From: Planctomycetota bacterium
GTDB taxonomy: Bacteria > Planctomycetota > UBA1135 > UBA2386
Length of the DNA stretch: 64,000 bases
Direction: 5' to 3'
Assembly (NCBI GenBank): GCA_965223545.1
Contig: OZ245006.1
Location: forward strand, 5,984,001-6,048,000
Part shown: positions 50,514 through 60,990 of the stretch, piece after piece
Layout of the letters: each line of letters begins with the position of its first letter
Position numbering within the stretch: the stretch's first letter is position 1
Made by a program: the position numbers and the translations under genes
The notes under the pieces: generated by a model
The model's input: the letters and a program-made list of their open reading frames with translations, nothing else
Told to the model about the DNA's origin: nothing
The model's database searches: none

Positions 50514-50978
50514 ATGCATCACACCCAGGATCCCTACCGTGTGCTGCAGCGCCTCGCCGGCACGTGGTCGGGCGCGGAGGTCGTGCGCCCGCCCCTGGTG
50601 CCGGCGGAATGCGCGGCCGACGGCGAGCTGATCGCGGCGGTCCGCCTCGGCGGTCGTTTCGTGGTCACCGACTATCGCCAGTCGCGGCAGGGCGCGGCCG
50701 ATTTCGAGGGGCACGGGGTGTACGGCTACGACCCCGACCGCGGGCTGTACACGATGCATTGGTTCGACGCCGCGAGCCCGGTGTCCGGCCCGGTGGCCGA
50801 GGGGCGTTGGAGCGGCGAGACGCTGTCGTTCGAGCGGACCGGCGCCCTCGGCGCGGCGCGCTACTCCTACCGCTGGCCCGTGCCCGACCGGCTGCACTTC
50901 GAGCTGGCGTTGGCGGCGGCGGACGGCGGCTGGGCAGTGGCGCTGCGGGGGGACTACCGCCGCCGGGCGCGGGCGTAG
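50514..50978 (+). CDS. DUF1579-like protein
   Basis: LAGTWSG, LGGRFV, FEGHGVYGYD..YTMHWFD. Confidence 0.75.
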   Translation: MHHTQDPYRVLQRLAGTWSGAEVVRPPLVPAECAADGELIAAVRLGGRFVVTDYRQSRQGAADFEGHGVYGYDPDRGLYTMHWFDAASPVSGPVAEGRWSGETLSFERTGALGAARYSYRWPVPDRLHFELALAAADGGWAVALRGDYRRRARA

Positions 50979-51008
50979 CGAGAAAATCGAGTCAGACTCG
51001 GTACTTTC
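50977..51008 (+). repeat. 32-bp post-stop repeat, copy 2
   Basis: AGCGAGAAAATCGAGTCAGACTCGGTACTTTC. Confidence 0.6.
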
Positions 51009-51072
51009 GCGGTGGCAGCGGGGTTGTGCAGTCGTCGGAGGGGGCGCCGTTCTCGCGGTATCATCCGTCACC

Positions 51073-51774
51073 ATGGGCTGGTTTCCCCGTCGCCGCCGTC
51101 CGTCCGATCCGCCGCCGTCGCCGTCCGACGGCGCGCGTCCGCCGGAGACGGTGATGGACGTCCGCCGGGCGCAGCAGCCCGACGGGTCGGCTTCCTGGCA
51201 GGGGTCGTGGCAGCGGCTGTCGGAGCGCGTGCACGGCTTTCTGCGCGGCAAGTTCGGCGGCGCGCGGTTGCCGTACGACGTCGAGTTCGACGATCTGTTC
51301 GCCGCGGTGCTGGTGCGGATGCTGCGGGATCTGCCGCGGCTGCAGGTCGGCGATCGGGCCGAGTTCTGGGCCTGGGTGCGTCGTTTGGCCTCCAACCAGA
51401 TCGTCGACTTCTGGCGGCAGCACGGCCGGCAGAGCTCGGGCTCGGCCAACGTCGAGCAGGTCCAGGGCGAGGAGGGCGACCAGTGGCTGGACCAGGTCTG
51501 CGACCGCGCGGCGCACACGGGGGGTGCGCTGCTGCGTGCCCGTGAGCTCGAGGATGCCGAAGAGGCTTGCGCCCGAACGTTGCTCAACGAGCGCGTGCGG
51601 GCCATCTACCTGCTGCGCCGCCGCGAGGAGCTCCCGTTCGCCGAGATCGCGGCGCGCGTGGGAGACGCCAACGCGGACATCACGCGGGTCACGTTTCGCC
51701 GGGCCAAGGGGCGGGTGCTGCAGTGCCTGCGCACCAAGCTGGACGGCTACGAGGGCGCCGCGACGCGGTTCTGA
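51073..51774 (+). CDS. ECF sigma-70 factor
   Basis: FWAWVRRLASNQIVDFWR (sigma2); ELPFAEIAARVG...VTFRRAKGR (sigma4). Confidence 0.75.
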   Translation: MGWFPRRRRPSDPPPSPSDGARPPETVMDVRRAQQPDGSASWQGSWQRLSERVHGFLRGKFGGARLPYDVEFDDLFAAVLVRMLRDLPRLQVGDRAEFWAWVRRLASNQIVDFWRQHGRQSSGSANVEQVQGEEGDQWLDQVCDRAAHTGGALLRARELEDAEEACARTLLNERVRAIYLLRRREELPFAEIAARVGDANADITRVTFRRAKGRVLQCLRTKLDGYEGAATRF

Positions 51775-52058
51775 CCGCGCTGGCCGAGGCGCGCGAGCGC
51801 GCTTTCGAAAAAAAAGTCAGGCGCTCGATGATGCGGCAAAAACGCCGTTCCAGGGCAGGATGCCCCAACCTGTAGTGGCCGGTCGCTGCCCGGGTCCCGG
51901 TGGTGGGGGAGATCGTTGTTCAAAGATTGTGGATTGGGCAGCAGCGTGCAACCCGTGCCCATTCATGCCCATCGGAGGCCCTTGATGCCCTCGAAACTGG
52001 GTGGTAGGGTGCAACTCAGTGGTGGCGATAGTCGAAAGCCCCTCTCGACCCACAGCGG

Positions 52059-52544
52059 ATGGCACACAGGTACCAAGGCGCGTCGCGGCAGCGGTTGGAC
52101 GACCGCGGTCGGCTGCACGTGCCGCAGCGGTGGCAGCCCCGAATCGCCGAGGTCGGCGAGATGGTGCTCACCGCCGGGCCGATGGGCTGTCTCTGGCTGC
52201 TCGAGCCCGACACCTGGGACGAGTTGGTCGCGGCCGTCGAGGGACCGTCGCTGCAGTCGAGCGAGCAGCAGATGCTGCGCGCGCTGCTGCTCGGCCATGC
52301 CGAGACCGTCACCGTCGACAAGAACAACCGGATCTTGGTGAGCGAATCGCAACGCGCCTACGCCGACCTGTTGAACTCCAACGCGGTGTTCTTGGTGGGT
52401 ACGGGCCGCGAGATCTGCATCTGGTCCCAGGACAACTGGGACCGGCAGATCGCCGCCGCCAAGACCAACAGTCTGCTCTTTGATCAGTCTTCTCATTCCG
52501 GGTCCAAGCCAGTCGAGGCCCCGGTGTCCATCGCGAACGGTTGA
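52059..52544 (+). CDS. mraZ: Division/cell wall cluster transcriptional regulator MraZ
   Basis: LDDRGRLHVP and VDKNNRILV repeats; first gene of the dcw cluster. Confidence 0.85.
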   Translation: MAHRYQGASRQRLDDRGRLHVPQRWQPRIAEVGEMVLTAGPMGCLWLLEPDTWDELVAAVEGPSLQSSEQQMLRALLLGHAETVTVDKNNRILVSESQRAYADLLNSNAVFLVGTGREICIWSQDNWDRQIAAAKTNSLLFDQSSHSGSKPVEAPVSIANG

Positions 52545-52609
52545 GCGCTGCCAACCCGACGCCACCCTTATCTTCCTTGGCGGGGCGGTCCGGCAACAGG
52601 GGGTAAGCA

Positions 52610-53557
52610 GTGGTTTACAAGGGTAGTGGGAGTCGCTCGGGCGGCGCGGGCGATGAGCCGGTCAGGGTTCATCAGCCGGTGCTGTCGCGGGAGGTTCTCG
52701 ACGTGTTGGGTTTGGCACCCGGCATGACGGTTTTGGATGGCACCGTCGGAGCTCTCGGCCACGGGAGGGATATTGCGTTGGCCGTGAGCCCCGGAGGGGT
52801 CCTCGTAGGGTTGGACCGGGACGCCGAGATCCTGGCCCGTGCGCGCGAGACGCTGCAACGGGAGGTGCGCGACGCGAGCGTGCGGGCCGGGGTCCGGCTT
52901 TTTCATCGTTCCTACTCCCGGATGCGCGAGGTGCTGGCCGAGCTCGGTCTCGCCGGCTGCGACCGCGTGTTTCTCGACCTGGGAGTCAGCTCGCTTCACC
53001 TCGATCGCCCCGAACGGGGCTTCTCATTCATGCACGACGCGCCGCTCGACATGCGCATGGACCAGAGCGCACCGCTGACGGCGGCGGCGTGGCTGGCCTC
53101 GGTCGACGAGGCCGAGCTGGCGGATGTCCTGTGGCGCTACGGCGAGGAGCGCTACTCGCGCCGCATCGCGCGCCGGGTCTGCGAGGCGGTTGCCGCCGGC
53201 GTGATGCAGCGCACCTCGGATCTCGAACGCGCGGTGTGGAGCGCGGTGCCGCGCGCCGCGCGTCACGGCCGCGTGCACCCGGCGACGCGCACCTTCCAGG
53301 CCGTGCGCATCGCCGTCAACGACGAGCTCGGCGAGCTGGAGCGCGGTCTCGACGCCGCCTTCGACGTGCTGCGCGAGGACGGCCGGTTGGCGGTCATCTC
53401 GTTCCACTCGCTCGAGGATCGCATGGTCAAGCGGTTCATGGTGGCGCGCATGCGCCGCCTGCACAGCAAGCCGATCACCGCCGGTGAAGACGAGACGGCG
53501 CGCAACCCCCGCGCGCGCAGCGCCAAGCTGCGCTGTGCGATCAAGAGGGCCGCATGA
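52610..53557 (+). CDS. rsmH: 16S rRNA m4C1402 methyltransferase
   Basis: HQPVL, DLGVSS, RGFSF, LDMRMD, HPATRTFQA, ISFHSLEDR, NPRARSAKLR. Confidence 0.96.
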   Translation: MVYKGSGSRSGGAGDEPVRVHQPVLSREVLDVLGLAPGMTVLDGTVGALGHGRDIALAVSPGGVLVGLDRDAEILARARETLQREVRDASVRAGVRLFHRSYSRMREVLAELGLAGCDRVFLDLGVSSLHLDRPERGFSFMHDAPLDMRMDQSAPLTAAAWLASVDEAELADVLWRYGEERYSRRIARRVCEAVAAGVMQRTSDLERAVWSAVPRAARHGRVHPATRTFQAVRIAVNDELGELERGLDAAFDVLREDGRLAVISFHSLEDRMVKRFMVARMRRLHSKPITAGEDETARNPRARSAKLRCAIKRAA

Positions 53558-53790
53558 GATGGGGTCTCGCCGGAGTCTGCTTCGCGGCGTTGGTGGCGGT
53601 GACGGTGGCGACCGCCGCACTCCGCGCGCGCAACACCGCGGCGCGGGCGCGGATCCAGCGGCTCGAATGGCGCATCTCGGGTTGTGCGGTGGAGGCCGCG
53701 CGGCGCGACTTCGCGGTGCAGGCGGCGACCGACGCCGCCCGGCTGGCGCGGATGTGGCGCGCGGTCCAGGACCCCGCCCACCTGCAGTGA
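53554..53790 (+). CDS. Putative FtsL-like small membrane protein
   Basis: TM + coiled-coil-like segment between rsmH and ftsI; called on synteny only. Confidence 0.5.
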   Translation: MRWGLAGVCFAALVAVTVATAALRARNTAARARIQRLEWRISGCAVEAARRDFAVQAATDAARLARMWRAVQDPAHLQ

Positions 53791-53833
53791 GTGCCGTGCG
53801 CCGCAGCCGGCGTGCCGGCGGGGAGATGCGCTG

Positions 53834-55810
53834 ATGGACGGCATGGGGATGCGCGCCAGCGTCTGCTTCGCGATGCTCGGCGCGATCGCGGTGCTGCTGA
53901 TCGGCCGCCTCACCTACCTGCAGACCAGTCGCGCCGCGCTCAACCGCGAGGCGGTGGCGCGGCAGCGCGACCGCCACGAGGCGCTGCCCGCACCGCGCGG
54001 CACGATCGTCGATCGTCGTGACCGGTGGCTGGCCTACGACCGCCCCGTGTTCGAAGTGCGCGCCGAGGCCTACGCCCAGCTGCCGGCCGACCGGCGCGCC
54101 GACGCGCTCGATGAGTTCTGCCGGCGATTGGCGGCCGACCTGGTGTTCGCCTTCTGTGCCGACCCGGAGTTTCGCACCGACGTCGTGCGCCAGCGCGACA
54201 TGCGCGAGGGGCTGCTGTATCGCATGGCGCAGTGCCCCGTCGACGACGCCCACTTGCGCCGTCTGCGCCGGGAAGGCGGGGTCGCGGTCGATCAGCTGCG
54301 GCTCGACTTCCTGGTCAGTGCTTCGGTCGACTCGGCCGCCGTGCTCGAGCGGCTCGAGGCGGTCGACCGCAGCCGCAGCGGCGTCTATCTGCACCGGATC
54401 CGGCGCTTCGAGCGTTGCTACCCCGACCGCGAGATCACCTATGGCCCGGTCGGATTCGTCGGCGAGCTCGATCTCGGCACCGGCGAGAGTGCGCCGGTGT
54501 TTCGCGGCATGGAGGCGTTCTCCGGGTTGTTGCCCGGGGCCGGCGGGACGGTGACGTCGTGGCAGGACGCCCGCGCGCGGCGCTACTGGACCGCCGCGAT
54601 CCGGCCGCCGCCGGCGCCGGTCGTGCTGCAGTCCACGCTGGATCTGGAGCTGCAGCGGGCGGCCACCGAAGAGCTGCGCCGCGCCGTCGACGCGGTTGCC
54701 GAGCGCTACGGAGAGCCGGCCGAATGGGCGACGCTGTGTCTCGCCGAGGTCGCCACCGGCAACCTCTTGGCGATGGCCTCGTACCGCGATGGCGCCCACC
54801 CCAAGGTGGCGGCCTTCTCGCCGACCCAGTGCCTCTACCCGCCGGGATCGGTGGTCAAGCCGCTGGTGTTCGCGATGGCCTTGGAGCAGGGACTGCTCGA
54901 TTGGTACGGCGAGCGCATCGACTGCACCACCACCGGCAAGTGGCGCGTGCCGGGCGTGCGGCGCACGATCACCGACACCCACGAAGTCGGCACCGTCGAG
55001 CCGCGCCAAGTGCTGGTGGAGAGCAGCAACATCGGCGCGGTCAAGGTCGGCATGCGGCTCGCGCGCCACCAGATGGAGGACTATCTGCGCCGCTTTCGGT
55101 GGGGCACACGGACCGCGAGCAAGCTGGTGGGCGAAAAGGCCGGCACGCGGCCGACCGAGCTCGAGTCGATGAGCGATCGGGGCTACTTCGGCTACACCGC
55201 TCCGTCGTTGAGCATGGGCTACGACTACCACGTCACGCCCCTGCAGCTGCTGCGCGCGTTCGTCATTCTGCTCAACCGCCGCGACTGCGACCTGCGGCTC
55301 TACGAGCGCTTGGCCACGCCAGCCGGCGTGCGCCAGCTGCCTCCGGCCCCCCGCGGGCAGCCGTTCTTGTCGGCAGGGAACCTCGAGCTGTTGATCGACG
55401 CGATGCGCGGCGTGGTGGGCGACCACCCGCAGGCCACGGGCCGGCACCTCGCCGCCGAGTTGCGCGCGCTGGGGCGGCCGGGGCTGGTGGCGGGCAAGAC
55501 CGGCACGTCGGAGTACAACGAGCGTCGCGAAGTCGACGGGCAGCGGCGGGCGGTGATGGTGCGCAGCGCTTCGTTCGCCGGTTTCGCGCCGGCGCACGCG
55601 CCGCGCTACGTCGCGATCTGCGTTTTACAAAAACCCAGGGCTACCGCTTTCTGGGGGGGCAAGTATGCTGCTCCGGCGGCAGGCAGATTGCTGCTCCGAG
55701 CCCTGGATGGATCCGAGGACGCGCGTCCCGGATCCCGTGTCGCGCCGGCGTCGGTCAGGACGTCGCGCGTTGGTTGGACGAGTGGCAGCCAGTCTGCGAT
55801 TGGGCGGTGA
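53834..55810 (+). CDS. ftsI: Class B penicillin-binding protein (FtsI-like transpeptidase)
   Basis: PRGTIVDR, TLDLELQ, PGSVVK (SxxK), SSN, GKTGT. Confidence 0.88.
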   Translation: MDGMGMRASVCFAMLGAIAVLLIGRLTYLQTSRAALNREAVARQRDRHEALPAPRGTIVDRRDRWLAYDRPVFEVRAEAYAQLPADRRADALDEFCRRLAADLVFAFCADPEFRTDVVRQRDMREGLLYRMAQCPVDDAHLRRLRREGGVAVDQLRLDFLVSASVDSAAVLERLEAVDRSRSGVYLHRIRRFERCYPDREITYGPVGFVGELDLGTGESAPVFRGMEAFSGLLPGAGGTVTSWQDARARRYWTAAIRPPPAPVVLQSTLDLELQRAATEELRRAVDAVAERYGEPAEWATLCLAEVATGNLLAMASYRDGAHPKVAAFSPTQCLYPPGSVVKPLVFAMALEQGLLDWYGERIDCTTTGKWRVPGVRRTITDTHEVGTVEPRQVLVESSNIGAVKVGMRLARHQMEDYLRRFRWGTRTASKLVGEKAGTRPTELESMSDRGYFGYTAPSLSMGYDYHVTPLQLLRAFVILLNRRDCDLRLYERLATPAGVRQLPPAPRGQPFLSAGNLELLIDAMRGVVGDHPQATGRHLAAELRALGRPGLVAGKTGTSEYNERREVDGQRRAVMVRSASFAGFAPAHAPRYVAICVLQKPRATAFWGGKYAAPAAGRLLLRALDGSEDARPGSRVAPASVRTSRVGWTSGSQSAIGR

Positions 55811-57324
55811 TGACAGAGCTTGCGTATCCTTCGGGCCTCGCGCAGAGGTCGGCTTCTCTGGGCTTGTGGACGCTGCGTGAAGTGTTGCGTCCGGTGCGCG
55901 AGCTGGAGTTCCGCGATGTCGTGGTCGAGGGGCTCGCCTGCCATAGCGCGGAAGTGACCCCGGGGTCACTGTTCTTCGCGGTGCCGGGCACGACCTGCGA
56001 CGGCGCCGACTACGCCCGCGAGGCGGTCGGCCGCGGTGCCGCCGCCATCGTCAGCCAGGCCCCGCTGCAGGTGCCCTGTCCGGTGCTCGTCGTCGAGGAC
56101 TGCCGCAAGGCGCTGGCCGACGCCGCCGGCTATTTCTACGGGCGGCCGTCGCGGGGGCTGTCGGTGGTGGGGGTCACCGGGACCAATGGCAAGACCACCG
56201 TCGTCAACTTGATCCGCGCCTGCTTGGAAGCGGACCGGCGCTCGGTCGGCCTGTTGGGGACCACCGGCTACGAGTACGCGGGTCGCCGCATCCCGGCCAC
56301 CAACACGACGCCGGATCCGCTGCGCCTGCAGGGTTATCTGCGCGAGATGGTGGACCGCGGCTGCAACGCGTGCGTGATGGAAGTCAGTAGCCACGCCCTG
56401 GTGCAGGAGCGCGTCCGCGGCGTCGACTTCGACGTCGGCGTGTTCCTCAACCTCAGCCAGGACCACCTGGACTACCACGGCGACATGCGCCGCTACGCGG
56501 CTGCCAAGGCCAAGTTGTTCGCGCAGCTCGAGGCGGGCGCGACGGCGTGTCTGTCGGCGGACACGCGCGCCGCCGACGTGATGAGCCATGCCCTCGACGC
56601 CGGCGTGCGCACGCGGTCGTTCGGCCTGCACGCGGATGCCGAGCTGCGCGCCGAAAACCTGTCGTGCAGCCTGGAGGGCACGCGCTTCGAGCTGGTGATG
56701 CCGCGCGGCCGCGTCGACCTGTGGCTGCGCTTGCCGGGCAAGCACAACGTGCAGAACGCGCTGGCGGCGGCGAGTGCCGCGCTGGCTTTGGGCGTTTCCG
56801 AGCTCACCGTCGCGTGGGCACTCGAGGAGGCTCGGCCGGTGCGCGGCCGCCTGGAGATGGTCGGCTACCGCTCCGGCGTGCGGGTGTTCGTCGACTACGC
56901 GCACACGCCCGACGCTCTCGAGAAGGTGTGCGCCACGCTGCGACCGCTGACCGAGGGGCGCTTGATCGTCGTCTTCGGCTGCGGCGGCGATCGCGACCGT
57001 GGCAAGCGGCCGCTGATGGCGCGCGCCGTGGCGCGGTGGGCCGACGTCGCCCTGCTGACCAGCGACAACCCGCGTTCGGAAGATCCCGAACGGATCCTGG
57101 ACGAGATGGAGGTCGGCCTCGCCGACCAGTCGATCGTCTACGGTCGGGTGGTGGACCGCGCCGAGGCGATCGCCTGCGCGCTGCACGAGGCCAAGCGCGG
57201 CGATGCGGTGTTGATCGCCGGCAAGGGCCACGAGACTTATCAGATCCTGCGCGACTCGGTGGTCCCGTTCGACGACCGCCAAGTGGCGCGCGACATTCTC
57301 GACGCGACGGAGGATACGCGATGA
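55810..57324 (+). CDS. murE: UDP-MurNAc-dipeptide:meso-DAP ligase
   Basis: GVTGTNGKTT, MEVSSH, DHLDYH, VDYAHTPD, GCGGDRD, DNPR, AGKGHE. Confidence 0.96.
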   Translation: MTELAYPSGLAQRSASLGLWTLREVLRPVRELEFRDVVVEGLACHSAEVTPGSLFFAVPGTTCDGADYAREAVGRGAAAIVSQAPLQVPCPVLVVEDCRKALADAAGYFYGRPSRGLSVVGVTGTNGKTTVVNLIRACLEADRRSVGLLGTTGYEYAGRRIPATNTTPDPLRLQGYLREMVDRGCNACVMEVSSHALVQERVRGVDFDVGVFLNLSQDHLDYHGDMRRYAAAKAKLFAQLEAGATACLSADTRAADVMSHALDAGVRTRSFGLHADAELRAENLSCSLEGTRFELVMPRGRVDLWLRLPGKHNVQNALAAASAALALGVSELTVAWALEEARPVRGRLEMVGYRSGVRVFVDYAHTPDALEKVCATLRPLTEGRLIVVFGCGGDRDRGKRPLMARAVARWADVALLTSDNPRSEDPERILDEMEVGLADQSIVYGRVVDRAEAIACALHEAKRGDAVLIAGKGHETYQILRDSVVPFDDRQVARDILDATEDTR

Positions 57325-58724
57325 TGCGCACCGAGCTCGCCGGTCCCCCCAACTTGTGGCGCGCGGGTCAGATCGCGCGGGTCTGCAAGGGCCGTGTGGT
57401 CCATCGGGGGGCCGTCGCGCGGGAAGTGGTCACGGACACCCGGGACCTCGGTCCCGGGGCGTGCTTCGTGGCCCTGTCCGGCGACCGATTCGATGGCCAC
57501 GATTTCGTCCGCGACGCGCTCGCGCGCGGCGCGGCCGGCGTCGTCGTCAGCCGCAACCTGCCGCGTCTCAAGGTGCCGGACGGCTCGTTCGTGGTGCGTG
57601 TGCCGGACACCAACGTCGCGCTGCAGGCGATGGCGCGGCGCCACCGCCGCGCGCACGACGCCAAGGTGATCGGCATCACCGGCTCGTGTGGCAAGACCAC
57701 GACCAAGGACATGCTCGGCGCGGTGCTGGGCCGTGCGATGCCGACCGTGCGTTCGCCCAAGTCGTACAACAACCACATCGGCGTGCCGTTGACGCTGTTG
57801 ATGCTGACGCCGGAGACCCGCGCGGCGGTGGTCGAAGTCGGCACCAGCGAGCCCGGCGAGATCGCCGCGCTGACGCGGATCGTGCAGCCCGACGTCGCCA
57901 TCGTGACCTGTGTCGCCGAGGCCCACCTCGCCGGCCTCGGCTCGATCGGCGGCGTGGCGCGGGAGAAGAGCAGCTTGGTCGCCGGCCTGTCGCCCGACGG
58001 CGTTGCCATCCTCAACGGCGACGACGAGGCGTGCCGGGCGATGGCGAAGGTCACCAAGGCCCGCGTCGAGTTCGTCCGCATCGACAGCGAGGCGGAGTGG
58101 TTCGCCACCGACGTTCGCTTCAACGGCATGGGCGTCACCTTCCGGCTGCGCGGCCAGCGGCCGGTGACCCTGCCGATGCTGGGCACGCACAGCGTCTACA
58201 ACGCGCTGTTCACCATCGCCGCGGCGGTCGAGGCCGGCATGGAGCTCGACGCCGTCCTCGAGGCGCTGTGCGAGCTGCCGCCGAGCAGCCGGCGTCTCGA
58301 GCCGAAGGTCGCCGGCGACGTGACCGTGTTCGACGACACCTACAACATGAACCCGGCCTCGGCGCGCGCGGGTCTCTGGGCGCTGTCGGGGCTGTGCGGC
58401 GCGCGCCGCCGGATCGCCGTGTTCGGCGAGATGCTCGAGCTCGGCGAGCGCTCGGACGAGCTGCATCGCCAGCTGGGCGAAGAGGTGGCGCGGGCCGGGA
58501 TCGACGTCTTGGTCACCGTCGGCGAGGGTGCCGCGGCGATTGCCGATGGGGCCAGCGCCGCCGGGATGCGTGCCCGCGCGGTGCACCGCGCCCCCGCCGC
58601 CACCGACGCGCTCGAGCTGCTGGTGGACCTGGTGCGGTCCGGCGATTGTGTGCTGTGCAAGGCATCGCGCCGGATCGGCCTCGACCGGGTCGTCGACGGC
58701 CTCCTCGATCGGCTGAACGGATGA
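57321..58724 (+). CDS. murF: UDP-MurNAc-tripeptide:D-Ala-D-Ala ligase
   Basis: GITGSCGKTTTK, NNHIGVPLT, DDTYN, GEMLELG, KASR. Confidence 0.95.
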   Translation: MMRTELAGPPNLWRAGQIARVCKGRVVHRGAVAREVVTDTRDLGPGACFVALSGDRFDGHDFVRDALARGAAGVVVSRNLPRLKVPDGSFVVRVPDTNVALQAMARRHRRAHDAKVIGITGSCGKTTTKDMLGAVLGRAMPTVRSPKSYNNHIGVPLTLLMLTPETRAAVVEVGTSEPGEIAALTRIVQPDVAIVTCVAEAHLAGLGSIGGVAREKSSLVAGLSPDGVAILNGDDEACRAMAKVTKARVEFVRIDSEAEWFATDVRFNGMGVTFRLRGQRPVTLPMLGTHSVYNALFTIAAAVEAGMELDAVLEALCELPPSSRRLEPKVAGDVTVFDDTYNMNPASARAGLWALSGLCGARRRIAVFGEMLELGERSDELHRQLGEEVARAGIDVLVTVGEGAAAIADGASAAGMRARAVHRAPAATDALELLVDLVRSGDCVLCKASRRIGLDRVVDGLLDRLNG

Positions 58725-58768
58725 GATCGGCTCCTCGGGCCGGGCCGCGGTAGCGGGGCTGAGCGGCC

Positions 58769-59884
58769 GTGCTCTACGAGCTGTTTGCCGCCCTCGAGGG
58801 TCTGCCCGGTGCGGGGTTGGTGCGCTACATCTCGTTCCGCACCGCCGCGGCGGCGCTGACCGCGTTCGTCTGCGCCCTGTTGTTGGGGCGGCCGGTGATC
58901 GGGTGGCTGCGCCGCGCCGGGATCGGCGAGGACACCGACTCGCCGTCGCCGCAGCTGTCGGAGCTGCACGCCGGCAAGCGCGACACGCCGACCATGGGTG
59001 GGGTGTTCCTGGTCGGCGCGATCGTGCTGGCGGGCGCCCTGTGGATGCGGTTCGACGGCATCAATCGTTACTCGGCGCTCGGGCTCCTGCTGATCGGCTG
59101 GTTCGCGGTGGTGGGGGGGATCGACGACTGGATCAAGCTGACCGTGCCCGGCAAACGGGGGCTGTCGAAGCGAGCCAAGCAGCTGGCGCTGACCGCGGGA
59201 GCGGTGCTCGTCGCCCTGTTGTTGGTGCACGGCGCCGGGCTGCAGTCGGCGCAGGGCGGACCCCACCTCTACTTCCCGTTGATCAAGGACCTCGCGGTGC
59301 CGCTCGCCGTCCTCGGCGGCGTTCCGTTCCTGCTCATCGCCATCGTCGTGCTGACCGGCGCGGCCAACGCGGTCAATCTCACCGACGGGCTGGACGGTCT
59401 GGCGACCGGCTGCGTCGGTATCGCCGCGCTCGCCTACGCGGCGATCACCTACGCGGTGGGGCACGAGGGGTTGGCCGAGTATCTGCTGGTCGAGCACGTG
59501 CCGGGCAGTGGTGAGATCACCGTGCTGATGGGCGCCGTCGTTGGTGCTTCTCTCGCGTTCTTGTGGTACAACGCAGCTCCGGCGCAGGTCTTCATGGGCG
59601 ACGTCGGCAGCCTTGCTCTGGGAGGGGCACTGGGCTACGCCGCCCTGGTCAGTCGGACCGAGCTGGTCTTGTTCGTCGTGGGCGGTGTGTTCGTGGTCGA
59701 GGTGGTCTCGGTGATGGTGCAGGTCGCGGCGTTCCGGGCGACCGGACGTCGGGTGCTGCGCTGTGCACCCCTGCACCATCACTTCCAGTTCGGCGGCATG
59801 CCGGAGACCCGCATCGTCACCCGGTTCTGGATCGTCGCGGCGCTGCTCGGCCTGAGCAGCCTTGCTCTGTTCAAGGTGCGTTGA
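58769..59884 (+). CDS. mraY: Phospho-N-acetylmuramoyl-pentapeptide transferase
   Basis: TPTMGG, DDWIK, NAVNLTDGLDGLA, FMGDVGS, APLHHHF. Confidence 0.97.
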   Translation: MLYELFAALEGLPGAGLVRYISFRTAAAALTAFVCALLLGRPVIGWLRRAGIGEDTDSPSPQLSELHAGKRDTPTMGGVFLVGAIVLAGALWMRFDGINRYSALGLLLIGWFAVVGGIDDWIKLTVPGKRGLSKRAKQLALTAGAVLVALLLVHGAGLQSAQGGPHLYFPLIKDLAVPLAVLGGVPFLLIAIVVLTGAANAVNLTDGLDGLATGCVGIAALAYAAITYAVGHEGLAEYLLVEHVPGSGEITVLMGAVVGASLAFLWYNAAPAQVFMGDVGSLALGGALGYAALVSRTELVLFVVGGVFVVEVVSVMVQVAAFRATGRRVLRCAPLHHHFQFGGMPETRIVTRFWIVAALLGLSSLALFKVR

Positions 59885-60987
59885 TGCAGGCACGCGTCGG
59901 TTGGTCGCCCCGCGCCGAGATCGATTGGCTGATGGCCGCGGTGATCGCGCTGTGCTGCTTCGGCCTGCTGATGGCGGTGTCGATCCATGGGCCGCAGCCC
60001 GATGTCGGCGTCGCCAAGGCGCTGCAGGATCAGGGCACCAAGCTGTTCGTCGGCGTCGCGGTGTTCTTGGTGGCGGTCATGCTGCCGCTGTCCTGGTACC
60101 GCGCCGCGGCGAAGCCGCTGCTGTTCGGCTCGATCGCCGCCTGCGGCGCGGCGCTGCTCTTCGACGATGTCAACGGGGCGCGCCGTTGGATTCGCATCGG
60201 CGCGCAGAGCTTCCAGCCGGTCGAGCTGGCCCGCTTCGGACTGATCTTGTACGCGGCATCGTGGATCGCCGACCGCGGCGACGACGTGCGCAGGTTTCGC
60301 AGCGGCTTCGTCGCCCTGATGGGGCCGGCGGTCGTGCTGGCACTGATTCTGATCGCGCAGCCGGACGTCGGCAACGCGATGTTCGCGCTCGCCATCGCCG
60401 CCGTGATGGCGCTGGTCGGTGGGGTGCGCTTGTGGCACTTCTTGCTGATCGGCCTACCGCTCGCCGTCCCAGTGCTGATGTGGGTGTTGACCCACGCGCA
60501 CGTGCGGGATCGGCTGACCGGATTTCTCGAGGTGCAAGCCGGCAGCCAGGTCTGGCAGGGACTGGTCGCGATCGCCTCCGGTGGTTTGCTCGGCAACGGG
60601 GTCGGCGGCGGCTGGATGAAGATGGGCTTCGTGCCCGAGGCCGGCAACGACTTCGTGTTCGCGGTCCTCGGCGAGGAGCTCGGCCTGGTCGGCGGCGTCA
60701 TCGTGGTGGCGCTGTACGCCGTCGTCGGCGCGGTCGGTCTGCGGCTGTTCTTGCGGCTCACCGATCCGTTTCACCGGTTGGTGGTGCTCGGCTTCTCGTT
60801 CGCGATCTGCATGCAGGCCGCGATCAACATGCTCGTGGTGACCGGCATGGCGCCGGCCAAGGGCATCGATCTTCCATTCCTGAGCTCGGGAGGGACCAAC
60901 CTGGTCTTCTCCCTGGCGGCAATCGGCATCATTGGCAACGCGGCGCGGTCGGACTCGGAGGTCGGCGCCGCATCTTGGGAGGACTGA
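59884..60987 (+). CDS. ftsW: SEDS family peptidoglycan polymerase FtsW
   Basis: NGARRWI, FQPVELA, QPD, PEAGNDF, GEELG, LPFLSSGG. Confidence 0.92.
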   Translation: MQARVGWSPRAEIDWLMAAVIALCCFGLLMAVSIHGPQPDVGVAKALQDQGTKLFVGVAVFLVAVMLPLSWYRAAAKPLLFGSIAACGAALLFDDVNGARRWIRIGAQSFQPVELARFGLILYAASWIADRGDDVRRFRSGFVALMGPAVVLALILIAQPDVGNAMFALAIAAVMALVGGVRLWHFLLIGLPLAVPVLMWVLTHAHVRDRLTGFLEVQAGSQVWQGLVAIASGGLLGNGVGGGWMKMGFVPEAGNDFVFAVLGEELGLVGGVIVVALYAVVGAVGLRLFLRLTDPFHRLVVLGFSFAICMQAAINMLVVTGMAPAKGIDLPFLSSGGTNLVFSLAAIGIIGNAARSDSEVGAASWED

Positions 60988-60990
60988 AGA

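Noticed and set aside
51880..52058. MraZ operator (GTGG repeats)
   Set aside because: Several GTGG motifs are present, but without a clean 10-bp period; too weak to call.
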